The notes under the pieces are model-generated. The model was not told where the DNA came from. It saw nothing but the letters and a program-made list of their open reading frames with translations, and did no database searches. DNA of 64,000 nt from Elsinoe ampelina. Its lineage: Eukaryota. The stretch covers positions 516,227 to 580,226 of the forward strand of contig ML992501.1 in the NCBI GenBank assembly GCA_010093995.1, in the 5' to 3' direction. Shown in pieces: positions 13,382-24,267 of this stretch; position 1 is the first letter of the stretch, and each line of letters opens with the position of its first letter. The position numbers were made by a program, and so were the translations under genes.

Positions 13382-14348
13382 TCACCGCTCCTCTGCCGAT
13401 GGGTCCTCCTTTGCACCGCCAAGCTCTTGCTCTCTCAGAAGGGCATCAATCTCCTCCGCGCCCCAGAGATGGTGATAGATCTTCCCCTCCTTCGTCCTGC
13501 CAACTGTCGCGAACTCGACTGGACATGATTAGTAAACTCTCATCAAAAGATGGGTCTCCGTAAACGTACTCTTCTCACTGCTCAGCTTTGTCGAATCCAT
13601 CGTCTTGCTCAGAACCTTGACCGCCAGCCCGCATGCCTCCTTCAGATTGCACTCTTCCTTGTAATCCTGCTTCAACAGACTCTGCGCCGATGCATTGTTC
13701 GCCCCCACGCTCGTCGCCTTCCACCCACCGTAGTTGCCGCTAGGATTGCTCTGATAGAGCTGGAACGAACGCTGAGGGTCCCATCCTGCGTAGATGAATG
13801 ACACGCCGAAGGGACGGAGACCACCGTGTTGCGTGTATCCTTGCTTGAGATCGCATAATCGGCGGACGAGCTGCTCGCAAGGGATGTCGGTGTTGTAGGT
13901 GAGTAGATAGCGTTGCGCGGCTTGACGGGCGTAGTTGATGAGGATGTTGGCGTCTGCGGTCAGACCGGCGACTGCACAGATCATGTTGCTGAGGTAAATG
14001 TTAGTGAACTGTTACAACCCATCATCTCCTCGCCGGCTCGAATCCAGCTCTGAAGCCAAGGATCATCGAACAACTGGGGAGACGTACTCATTCAGAATGT
14101 AGAGCTTCTCTGCCGATGTGTCTTGCTCCAACAGCTTGCTGGTCACCTTCCTCTCCGCCGCTAACACGATACCATCCGACGCAAGGATGCCCAGCGCAGT
14201 TCCGGCATGTGAGATGGCTTCGAGAGCATATTCGACTTGATACAGACGGCCTTCTGGCGAGAAGATTGTCGTCTGGTATGTCTGTTAGATGTGTTTCTTC
14301 GAAATTGGAAAGGTGGAGACTCGCTCTTGAATCGTAGCGCCGCGACAT
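13382..14348 (-). CDS. PRE9: 20S proteasome subunit alpha-3 (4 exons)
   Basis: [32 protein letters not shown]...; [26 protein letters not shown]. Last exon [19 protein letters not shown]...SAEER*. Confidence 0.95.
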
Positions 14349-14643
14349 TGTGGCGGGAGATTATGATAGTAACTACCAAGCCAGGCTCGCTACAGTGACA
14401 CGGTTATGAAGTATGATAATGTGAAGTCGGAGGGAAGAAGAGGGTCGTGATCCGATAATGGAGGTAGTTTATTGAGATGATGATGGAGCTCCAGGCAGTT
14501 GGAGCTCGCGCGTTCCTTCTTGCTGCACTTTGAGCTGTTCAAACAACCGTACATCTCTACGGTTTGCCATACTCTTGACGGCGCTCTCACTTTTTGGCTT
14601 CACGATTCCATTCCCTCAATCCACATCTCTGCAACTAGCAGCC

Positions 14644-16458
14644 ATGGAGGAGCCGCCACAAAAGAAGCTGAAGGCTGACACGCCCGATAGCTCTGCTCCC
14701 CTTCCACCTGGCTGGACTGAGCATACCGCACCTTCTGGCCACAAATACTACTACAACAAGGCGACTAAAAAGTCGACGTACACTCGCCCTGCATCTGAAC
14801 CTGCGACATCGATTGTAGCGACTCTGCCTCCAGCTGAAGCGGAAGTAGTGCGTGGTCTTCTATCACGTGGTCCTTATGTGCCCACTATCTGGCCAGGCCA
14901 TCAGATACTACTACCAGATTCGTACCGAGGACCCACTTACCCCTCCCATACGTTGAACAACCAACTCGACAATTCCTTCGAGCAATCTGGTTCCTGGCAA
15001 GCTCAAGCTGCACAACTAGGTTCATACCAACAAGCCCGAACTCCACGAGGTCCACGTCACCAGCCTCAGGACCGGCCCAAGCGCAAAGATACGATTCCAG
15101 ACTGCGGACCATGGATCCTAGTCTACACTCGACTTGGCCGCCGATTCGTGCACAATACGGAGACGAAGGAAAGCTTCTGGAAGTTCCCGTCGGATGTCAT
15201 GCAAGCAGTCATCAAGTTGGACCAGCTCAAGCTGGAGGAGAAGTACGGGTCCAAGTTGGACAAGACCGCAGAGGCAAGCGTCCAACAGCAGAAACAGACG
15301 AAGGCAGAGGAAGAGCTAGACCCAGAAGAGCTCGCCGCTCACAAAGCTCGCGAGACAGCCCGCCTTGCAAAAGAGCAAGCAGAAGACGCCGCCCTCGTAG
15401 AAGAAGTCGGCGGCGAAGGCGAACGCATCTGGGTGCCCCCCGCCCAGTCCACCGCCACAGCAGCAGGCTACGACTCCTCCGAATACGAAGAAGTCGAGGT
15501 GACCGACAGCGAAGGCGCCCCATCCGACGCCGGCTCCCCCTCCCCCGGTCCCCTCGAATTCAACGAAGACGACATCGCCTACCAACTCGCCCAACTAGGC
15601 GAACAACACGGCCTCGACCCAGAAGAATACACCTACCCCGCCTCCTCGGACGAAGCCTACTCCTCCGACGGCGCCTCCGGCCTCCCCCTTTCCGACGAAG
15701 AGCGGTACACCATCTTCTCCTCCCTCCTGACGGACCACTCCATCTCCCCCTACACCCCCTGGGACACGCTCACGCTCTCCACCCCTCCCCACCCCATAAT
15801 GGACGACGACCGCTTCACCATCCTCCCCTCTTCACGCCTGCGCAAAGAAGCCCACGCCAAGTGGTGCAAAGAAACCATCCTCCTGCAGCAGCAACAAAAG
15901 GCCGCCCGAAAATCCCAGCCCCACTCCGACGACGACCCCAAAGCCCCTTTCCTCCGCTTCGTCGCCGAGCGCGAGAAAGAAGTCAAGAAACTCTACTGGG
16001 TCGAGTTCAGGAGGAAACACAAGCGGGAGCCGGAGCTGAAGCCCACGACTAAGTTCGGGGATAAAGAGATGGAGAAAGCGTACAGGGAATTCGTCGCGTG
16101 TCTCAAGAAGGACGCAGGGGCGAGGGAGGAGGAGCTGGGGAAGATCGTCGCGGGCATGGCGGGCGGAGGGGACGTGGGTGTCGCGCTCACAGGGAGGGCG
16201 GAGTACTGGGCTGTTCCGGCGGGGAGGCGGGAGGGGGTGGTGGCTGCTGCGTTGGCGGGGACGGGGGAGGGGGAGGGGAGGGCGGACGGGGGCGAGTCGA
16301 AGGCGGAGAGGGCGATGAGGGAGCGCGTGGAGAAGGCGGCCGAGGAGCAGAGGGTTGCGGAGAAGGCGAGGCGGTTCGCAAAGGGGCAATTGAGGGAGAG
16401 TGAGAGGGAGATTGAGTCTGCTATGCTGTCCGGGAGGAGGGCGCAGGTGGCCGATTAG
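14644..16458 (+). CDS. WW/FF-domain pre-mRNA splicing-associated protein (TCERG1/Dre4/Urn1-like)
   Basis: WW domain LPPGWTEHTAPSGHKYYYNKATKKSTYTRP and second WW-like PWILVYTRLGRRFVHNTETKESFW. FF-like 'FSSLL.DHSISPYTPW...DDRF'. Confidence 0.8.
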   Translation: MEEPPQKKLKADTPDSSAPLPPGWTEHTAPSGHKYYYNKATKKSTYTRPASEPATSIVATLPPAEAEVVRGLLSRGPYVPTIWPGHQILLPDSYRGPTYPSHTLNNQLDNSFEQSGSWQAQAAQLGSYQQARTPRGPRHQPQDRPKRKDTIPDCGPWILVYTRLGRRFVHNTETKESFWKFPSDVMQAVIKLDQLKLEEKYGSKLDKTAEASVQQQKQTKAEEELDPEELAAHKARETARLAKEQAEDAALVEEVGGEGERIWVPPAQSTATAAGYDSSEYEEVEVTDSEGAPSDAGSPSPGPLEFNEDDIAYQLAQLGEQHGLDPEEYTYPASSDEAYSSDGASGLPLSDEERYTIFSSLLTDHSISPYTPWDTLTLSTPPHPIMDDDRFTILPSSRLRKEAHAKWCKETILLQQQQKAARKSQPHSDDDPKAPFLRFVAEREKEVKKLYWVEFRRKHKREPELKPTTKFGDKEMEKAYREFVACLKKDAGAREEELGKIVAGMAGGGDVGVALTGRAEYWAVPAGRREGVVAAALAGTGEGEGRADGGESKAERAMRERVEKAAEEQRVAEKARRFAKGQLRESEREIESAMLSGRRAQVAD

Positions 16459-16848
16459 CCTTGTGCCGGCCACAGGGGTCATGGTTGAGATATGATGATT
16501 AAACAAATATCCATTCTCGACATTCACGCTTGAGCTCTGCTACTCGTGGTGATCTGCTAGTGCCAATGCATAATCTATGCAATACAAAAATATCAAATAC
16601 CGCTCGTCGTCTAACGCGAGTCTACCTGATTGTGGTTTGCAAGAAAGAGGCCGCCACGCTATGCTGTAGCTGAAAGGTATCTGGGGAACAAAAGGACAAA
16701 GGAGATTGGGCAAATGCTGGCTGTCCGCTGATGGTATGCTGATTGGGATGACAAACGCCGTTGGGTATACATCGTGATGCGTGGAGTCAAAGAATACTTT
16801 TGAACGACCGTGATGCTGAGAGTGGTGGATTGTTGGCGAAGAGGTAGA

Positions 16849-18991
16849 TCAGGCCTTGCGAGGTCGTCGAAGTTTGGAAATGAGTTGATCGAGTTCGGTC
16901 CAGTTGGAATTGTCGAGTGCGAATTTCCGGTGTTTTCTGGTTTGAATGTGCTGGCGATGTTAGTGACCGTAAGTCATGAAGATCATGGCAGCATACCTCA
17001 TCGAAATCTTCAAACTTGTCCCTGCAATTCTCGCAATATCCAGGCTTGGGATCCTTGTGAATGATCTTCTTAACTTGACGTGGAGGTTGGGACTTCCTCG
17101 GCCGAGCATCCTCATCGACACCTTCCTCTCGAATGTCCTCGAGCACATCTTGTGCCTTTCGCTTGCTACCACGAGGGGCATCGCCATTGAGCGCAGCCCG
17201 AACATCATTCATGTACGAAGAGCCAGATGTGACTGTAGCGCCACGCTCGAGTACCTTCCTCTTCAAGTTCTGGAGCTCCTTACTGGTGCCAACACGAGCA
17301 CCAGGTGCGGTGGAGGAGATTGCAGTCGACGATATTGCCTGAGATCGTATAGCCGAAGTGATGTTAGAAGGTTGGACACCCGAAGCGACAGGCTCACCAC
17401 CAATGTAACGGACATGACCTCTCTTGGTGAGTTGGGCACTTCCAAAGAGTGGCGGCATGCCATCGGTGGAGATGGTCGAGTTCTGACGACTGGCAGGGAC
17501 CTTTGGTGGATCCAGAGGCTTTGTCTTCTCTTCGGGTGCAGCTTTCCTCGGTGACCGCCTGAGATTAGCCTGACGCTCGACAAGCACGTGTGTGACATCC
17601 TGTTCTGCTGCGGCGCGGGTACGAGTCCTAGGTGCAGACGCAGCCTCCTGCTTCCTTGCAAGCTCCTCCTTTCTCTTCTCCTCTGCCATCATGCGCTTAG
17701 CATAATGCGGATCTTCAATCCAAGGACACCTCCCAAAGCTGCTAACGCGGAGCTGTGGCCACTTTCCTTCTTGTCCCTTTGTTGGCTTTGGATAGTCTCG
17801 TATCATGGTAGGTCGATAGCGCTCGTTGAGGTCATGAATATAGATAAAATTCCCTCGAAATGGGACCATATCAGCCGAAGCGACGGTGGCGTCACGATCG
17901 GCAGGACCCGAGATCTTCTCATTCCGAAGCAGTCGTTCCAGGTCGGCCTCTTTAGCAGCTGTGTCGTTGAGATTGGCAGTTGCATGACTTCGGGAAAGCT
18001 GCTGCGCAGGTTGCTCTGTGTCATTGGTGAAAAGCGCCTTGAGCATGCGTTGGAGCTTCTCGAGTGCCCAGATCTTTTGATTAAGCTCGCGTGCTTTGTG
18101 AAGGATGTCAGTGGTCTGATCGGGCAGGCGCCGATGTACCACAGATTGACTGTGATTGTGTTAGCGGAAGATCTATCGATGCCGGCGTCTAGATGTACTC
18201 ACTCTTGTGCGAGCCTCGATTGAGTAGCAGCAGATGGTGCGACATGATTTCGGTTAAGTAAAGCTGGGTCAATAGTCTTCTGCGGTTGATCTTGCCCGGC
18301 AGCTTCTAGATAGGTATCTTTACTACCAGTCTTTGCATCACCAGTTGGTATCGGTCGTGTAGTCACGACATGGGTGACCTCTTTGGAGTAGAATTTGGAC
18401 TCTCGCTGGAAAATTGTTAGTCCCGGGCCATCATGCGAAAATTTGTATGAAGCTGACCGAGTGGAGCTGCCTCAGACATTGAGATATCTTCTTGTGTGTC
18501 TCGTCCGGCACATTGTCGAAGAAGAAAATGAAACCTCGAAAGGCTTTCTTGTAGTGCGCCTGCCACTGCCGTACACTGTCCATACCCTCTGCCGCCTTTC
18601 GGGTCTGATCATCCTCCTTCTCTTGCACTTGTGGCACTTTTGCTCCCTTGACGGCGAGTAGCCTAGCCTCTAATGACGTGGGTTGTCGGACCCCTTGCCT
18701 CCGCGCGAACATCTTAGCTTCGGCGTCCTTCATCTGCTGGGACTGGCGAGTAAGGGTCCTGGAGCCAGCATTCTCGTCATTCGATATGTCAAGGATCTGT
18801 CTCTTGGCCGGTGGTTGTCCTGTTATGGTTTCGCGGCTGACCTCTGTCTGAGCTCGCGTGCGCTTTCCTCCAACGGGGGCCAGACCTCGATAGGGAGAGT
18901 TGATGGCATTTTGATTGCTTGCCAGTGGTATCCTACCATTCATCATTGCCGACATGGTCCTAGGAGACGGCTGGACAGATGCAGCAGCCAT
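16849..18991 (-). CDS. DBF4: Cdc7 kinase regulatory subunit Dbf4/Dfp1/NimO (3 exons)
   Basis: N motif (WQAHYKKAF..FIFFFD, BRCT-like), M motif (FIYIHDLNERYRPTMIRDY...WP...GRCP) and C-terminal zinc finger KPGYCENCRDKFEDFDE|HIQTRKHRKFA after an intron. Confidence 0.9.
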
Positions 18992-19651
18992 TGATATTAA
19001 TATATTATCGCGTGGGATCTCCTGTGGACAGCGTGCCAGACGGAGGGGTAGCACGCGACTCGGACACGCCTAGAAGCGCGTAGAGGCCATGGTGAGCTTT
19101 CCAACTGGTCCTGAATGAGTGTTGTAGTAGTGTGAGTGTCACAGAGGGTGGTAGTGACCTCGGACCCTCGTGTGGTAGTGTGGATGGAGCAGTCGGGAGG
19201 GTTGTGGTGGAGATGTCGAGAAGTGCGGTGGTGCAGCGTGGGCCGGCGAATCGCAGGGCAGGTACAGTTGATGCTTGGCACCGAATTTGTTTGTATATGC
19301 AAATCAAGAATGCCGCAACATGGACACGCGCTAGCAAACCAACGCCCGGCAACCACCGACTAGCTAGTCACGACTCGTGGCCGTGTTATTTGATTGTATT
19401 TCGCCCAATTCTTCATTGACGTTGAGATGAAGATTGCTCTGATAATTCTTTGTTTATCATTGATCGTTCATGGCGGTCAACTATTACCACTCAAGCACGT
19501 GCGCGACTCTGGTAGTCAGTCGTGGTTGGTGACGTGAGTGGGCGGCTATTTGCACGCATTTGTTACAGCTAGATATGTACAATGTTTCACCTTGACCTAT
19601 ATCCTCTGATCCGTCCATGTCCTGGTCGAGTCAAGCTAGGAGCGGAGTATA

Positions 19652-21504
19652 TCATAACCGAAGTGCTTCTATGTCATCGACCTCCTTTACAGCTTCTGTT
19701 GTCAACACAAATGGATGCTCCTTGGTCACACAGATGCTGTCCTCAATGCGGACTGCCATGCCTCGGAAATGCTCCGGCCATCTCTCGTCGTCAGGAACGT
19801 ACACACCACTAATATCGTCAGTCTTCCACTAGACTATCTCCATCCACTACTTACGGCTCCATGGTGACACAATGCCCTTCTTGTAAATGCTCATTACGTG
19901 GATATCCTGGTGCATCATGCACGTCAAGACCGACGTAGTGTCCGACATGGTGCGGGAACAAAACGTCCATATTCTAGTAGATCTTAGCGTATCGTCATCA
20001 GATATCGAAAGACTCCATACACTCGCCGCAGTATCAAATCCGAGTTGCTTGAGACCGTCCTTCAGACCGGTCTCTGCAATCCGATGAAGCTTGTCCAGCG
20101 ATGTGTTGGCATCTTCTCGGCATAATGACACTAAGCTGCGTTGCACATTTAATACCATCTGGTACAAATCCTTTTGTGCGGGTGTGAATTTGCCATTCAC
20201 TGGCCAGGTTCTCGTGATGTCTGTGATGTATCCGCCATATTCCCCGCCAGCATCAACGAGCACCAATTGGCCGTCACTGTCTGTGTGAGCATCTTGCGTG
20301 AAAATACAGGCCTAATCGTCCTCACCTGAGTCTATCATCGTTGCGGACGTAGTGGATGCTGAGACCGTTCTGCACTGTTTAGCTCGAACATCTGGTGGTT
20401 TCCGCGGCGCACTCACGGTCCCGCCTGCGACGACGGGTATGTAAGCTTCTCCATCGAGGCCTCTCTTCTTAAAGCCGTATGCCATGTCGGTCCAGAGCTC
20501 CTTTTCAGTCGAGTATCTCTGCTTCATGGCCTCCGAATAGGTCTGGCCTGAAAGTCGACCTGCCTTGCGCATATTGAGGATCTCTGCTTCGCTCTTGACC
20601 AATCGTAGCTTGTTCAAGACTGGTCGGAGCGACTTGACCTCTTCGGCTTTCAGAAGCTGCTTGAGAGATCCTTCAGCGTCGGAAGTCGCACTTCTCATAA
20701 ATCTTGCAAAAGCTGACGGCCGTCTCGCGGCATTCAGAGCATCCGTGAAGACCGTTTGACCTTTCAAGAGATCTGGTAAAATTTGTGCTGCCCGGCTGAT
20801 ATCATGAGCCTACAATACGCTCAGCGATGCTCAGGAGTATCAAGGAATGAATCAGTACCTCGTCAGCATTGAACACTTCTTCAGCCGCTTCGACCCCTGA
20901 ACGTGCGCCATCCCAGATCTCGGCGCTTTCGTCCTTTGGTCTTACGAAAAGATGGAACTTGTAGCCAAGCTCCGACTCTTCCCGTGCTGCCACTATCAGT
21001 ACTAGATCAGAATGTTAAGAACCGTAGCTCATTACAGATCACCGCAAGTGCCTCTGGCTCATTGAAACCTGCAAGCCTGATTAGAGTATGCTCTGCCCAA
21101 GAATGAAGAGGCCAAAGAATACCAGTGAGATAGAAGAAGTCTGGTTGTTGGTGGAACTCGTAGAACACCGCACCAGATCTCGTCTTGATGTCGGCTGACG
21201 GCAATACAGCAACGCCTCCTTTTGGGAGCGATTTTGCCAACTTTGCTCGTCTCAAATGGTACTCTTGTGCCGAGATGCCCGGAGTCACTGTTGTATGTCA
21301 GATTAAATTGGAGACATGACGTTTGCAAATCCGCATACGCTCCCCAGGCTGCAATATGTGCGGGTGTGTCTCGTGCAATGGTTGTCCATATTTGCCGCTC
21401 ACCACGCTGGCGAAGCTACGAAGTTGAGGTGCTGATTTTAGAGGAGTGAATGTCACCGCATTCCGTCTCCGTGCTCGTTCAACCGAACGAAAAAGCTTCT
21501 GCAT
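19652..21504 (-). CDS. ICP55: Mitochondrial intermediate cleaving peptidase / Xaa-Pro aminopeptidase (M24B), multi-exon
   Basis: Arg/Ser-rich presequence, [42 protein letters not shown] and [15 protein letters not shown]. The exons are separated by canonical introns. Confidence 0.9.
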
Positions 21505-21709
21505 TTCATCTCATAAACTAATATATAGGATGTTGTGAATGAGGGTGCATTTGCTGAGAAACATGAAGCTGGCGGCGATGTCGGTCCGGCCAATCGCGTC
21601 ACTGTGATTCCCTGCACGACTTCAGGTATCTGCCCTGATCGACAGTCCTCTATCTACCAAAATGTAGACAGTCAACAGCCTCGAGGTGCTGCGACGAAGT
21701 CACGACCTT

Positions 21710-22717
21710 ATGATACCACGACAGTCCATTCGTTATAGCATACGACAATTTACCACCAGCTGCCGTCCTCGATCTTACTCCATGACCATGAACGGCAACA
21801 GCGCAGTCCCGCAACCCGACCTTGACTCCTTCACACAACACCTTCAGTCATCCTCCCGCATCCTTGCTCTTCTGGGTGCAGGCTTATCTGCATCGTCCGG
21901 TCTGCCGACCTTCAGAGGGGCTGGCGGGCTCTGGCGCACGCACGATGCTACCTCACTAGCAACACCAGATGCGTTTGACGAGGATCCGGGTCTGGTATGG
22001 CAATTTTACAGCTACCGGCGGCACATGGCGCTCGCCGTACAACCAAATCGAGCACATCTGGCACTAGCTGAGTTCGCTAGACGGAAAGATGGCTTCATGA
22101 CGCTGAGTCAGAATGTGGATGGATTGTCACAAAGAGCGAAGCACCCTGCGGAGAAACTGCAATTGCTACATGGGAGCCTCTTCGACGTGCGATGTACGGA
22201 TTTCTACTGCGACTACCAAGACCAGAATTTTGATGATCCGATTGTGGAGGCGCTGCGGATACCGACAGAGCAGGACACGACGTCGAATGAAGCAAGGCAG
22301 AAGAGGGAGCTCGATATCTCGAATATAGAGGTGGACTTGCCGTCGGTACCGGTGAAGGCACTATCACATTGTCCCAAGTGTAAAAGAGGATTACTTCGGC
22401 CGGGTGTGGTCTGGTTCGGGGAGATGCTACCGAGCAAGGTCATAAATACCGTGGACGAGTTCATTCGAGGATCACCAAAAATTGACCTCATACTGGTCAT
22501 TGGGACGAGCGCAAGTGTATACCCAGCGGCTGGATATGTTGACCGAGCTCGAGCGAAGGGGGCTAGAGTGGCCGTTGTCAACATGGAGGCAGGGGATCAG
22601 CCAGCGAGCGGACTCATGAAGGGCGACTGGTTTTTCAAGGGGGATGCGGCAGAGATCGTGCCTGAGATACTCAAGAGCGTGGTAGGCGAGATCAAGCAAC
22701 CCGCTGAGAAGCTATGA
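21710..22717 (+). CDS. NAD-dependent protein deacylase, class III sirtuin (SIRT5/CobB-like)
   Basis: GAGLSASSGLPTFRG, YxxR (FYSYRR) acyl-pocket motif, SQNVDGL, LHGSL, Zn-binding Cys pairs, RPGVVWFGE and GTSASVYPAA. Confidence 0.92.
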   Translation: MIPRQSIRYSIRQFTTSCRPRSYSMTMNGNSAVPQPDLDSFTQHLQSSSRILALLGAGLSASSGLPTFRGAGGLWRTHDATSLATPDAFDEDPGLVWQFYSYRRHMALAVQPNRAHLALAEFARRKDGFMTLSQNVDGLSQRAKHPAEKLQLLHGSLFDVRCTDFYCDYQDQNFDDPIVEALRIPTEQDTTSNEARQKRELDISNIEVDLPSVPVKALSHCPKCKRGLLRPGVVWFGEMLPSKVINTVDEFIRGSPKIDLILVIGTSASVYPAAGYVDRARAKGARVAVVNMEAGDQPASGLMKGDWFFKGDAAEIVPEILKSVVGEIKQPAEKL

Positions 22718-23341
22718 GAGCTGTCTAGCGAATGTTTGATGCGACAAATTCGCCGTCAGATCTTCATTACCGTAGCGTTTCACTCCACACCAACAACGGC
22801 CGCCAGCTCAGCCGCCTGCTGTTCGTAAGCGTGGCTCGACCGAGGCGGCACAGAAGCGTCGTGTTCGGTCAACATGAAGCATCACGGACGACCATCCAGA
22901 CATGCCCCCCATGCATGGCACAGTGACGATCATCACGCGGCGAACAGCAGAAGTCCTACTCAAGACCTACAGCAAACAGATCGAAGGTGCTCAGCTGGAA
23001 CACGGTTGTGAGAGAACAGGACCAGGACTGAGGCGTGCATGGAGACAATCATCGAGTGCTATATGATTAGACATTCTGATGCATGAAGGAACGATCTACC
23101 ATGTCGGTCCGAGAACGGATGACATGGCAAAGGGGTGGAGCGGGTCTGTCTTGGCAAGGCGGTCACACCGCTTTGGGACGTCCCGACGGAGCATGTCCTT
23201 CCATCGACAATAGACGCATGAAATATATAAATCTATTTCGGCACGAGCATTCAGGTTGCATGAATAAATCAGTGGCTTTGCAACGACATTGCAAGACGTT
23301 CAAGAATATTACATTAGCTCTACATCAAATTACTGAACCTC

Positions 23342-24186
23342 ATGGCAGCGACTCAGAAAGATGACGAGCAAATACGGCAAGCTAAAGAGCTGAACCACAT
23401 CCCATGGTGTGAAGAGTACGAGAAGATGATCTCAGGCATGCTGTGAGTATATTCCCTCTTCCCTCCGTCCCTCCACATACCCCAAAAGAATCCCTTTCAC
23501 CACCGGCCGCTACACCACGCCTCGACAGCCAAGTACCACAATCACAACCACACGCACTCCAACACCACCTAACCCGCACCAGCTACGACTCCTTCACCCC
23601 CGAACTCAACGCCTCCCGCTTCAAAGCCCGCCAATGGTGCCACCACTACAACACCACCTTCCCGCCCGTCACCAGCTTCGAGACCCTGGCCCCATTCCGC
23701 GCCACCCAACTCAGCCAAATCCTCGGCTCCACAGCCGACGACACAGCCTTCATCGAACCCCCCTTCACCGTCGACTACGGCTGCAACATCCGCGTGGGCA
23801 AGCGCTTCTACGCCAACTTCAACCTCACGATCCTCGACTGCGGACTGGTCACGATAGGGGATCGGGTCATGCTGGGGCCGAACGTGAGTATTTTCGCGGC
23901 GACGCATGAGGTCGAGGTGGAGAGTCGGAGGCGGAATGTCGAGTACGCGAGGCCCGTGGTGATTGGGGATGATGTGTGGGTTGGTGGGCATGTGGTGATT
24001 TTGCCGGGCGTGACGATCGGGGAAGGGTGTACGATTGGGGCGTCGAGTGTGGTTACCAAGGATGTGCCGGCTTGGTCTGTGGCGATGGGGTCGCCGGCGA
24101 GGGTGGTGAAGAAGGTGCCGAGGGTGGAGGGGGGGGGGAGTGAGGCTTTGAGGGAGCAGGAGGGCGGGGGGGGGGGGGGGATGTGA
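23342..24186 (+). CDS. Maltose/galactoside O-acetyltransferase (hexapeptide-repeat family); exons 23342-23442, 23583-24186
   Basis: EYEKMISGML|YDS, FIEPPFTVDYGCNI, ANFNLTILDC, IGDDVWVGG..ILPGVTIG and GSPARVVK. Confidence 0.92.
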
Positions 24187-24267
24187 TTCGAGTATGCACG
24201 TAACCCCTCCTCCGGTATGCATCGTACTGGATCGAATGCATCGGGACAACGAGTCTCGTTGTCTTTC

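Noticed and set aside
19005..19335. CGCG-core MCB-like motifs upstream of DBF4
   Set aside because: No perfect ACGCGT; short CGCG words are frequent at this GC content.
22703..22717. Sirtuin C-terminus -EKL as peroxisomal PTS1
   Set aside because: Glu at position -3 does not fit the canonical (S/A/C)(K/R/H)(L/M) signal; no further support.
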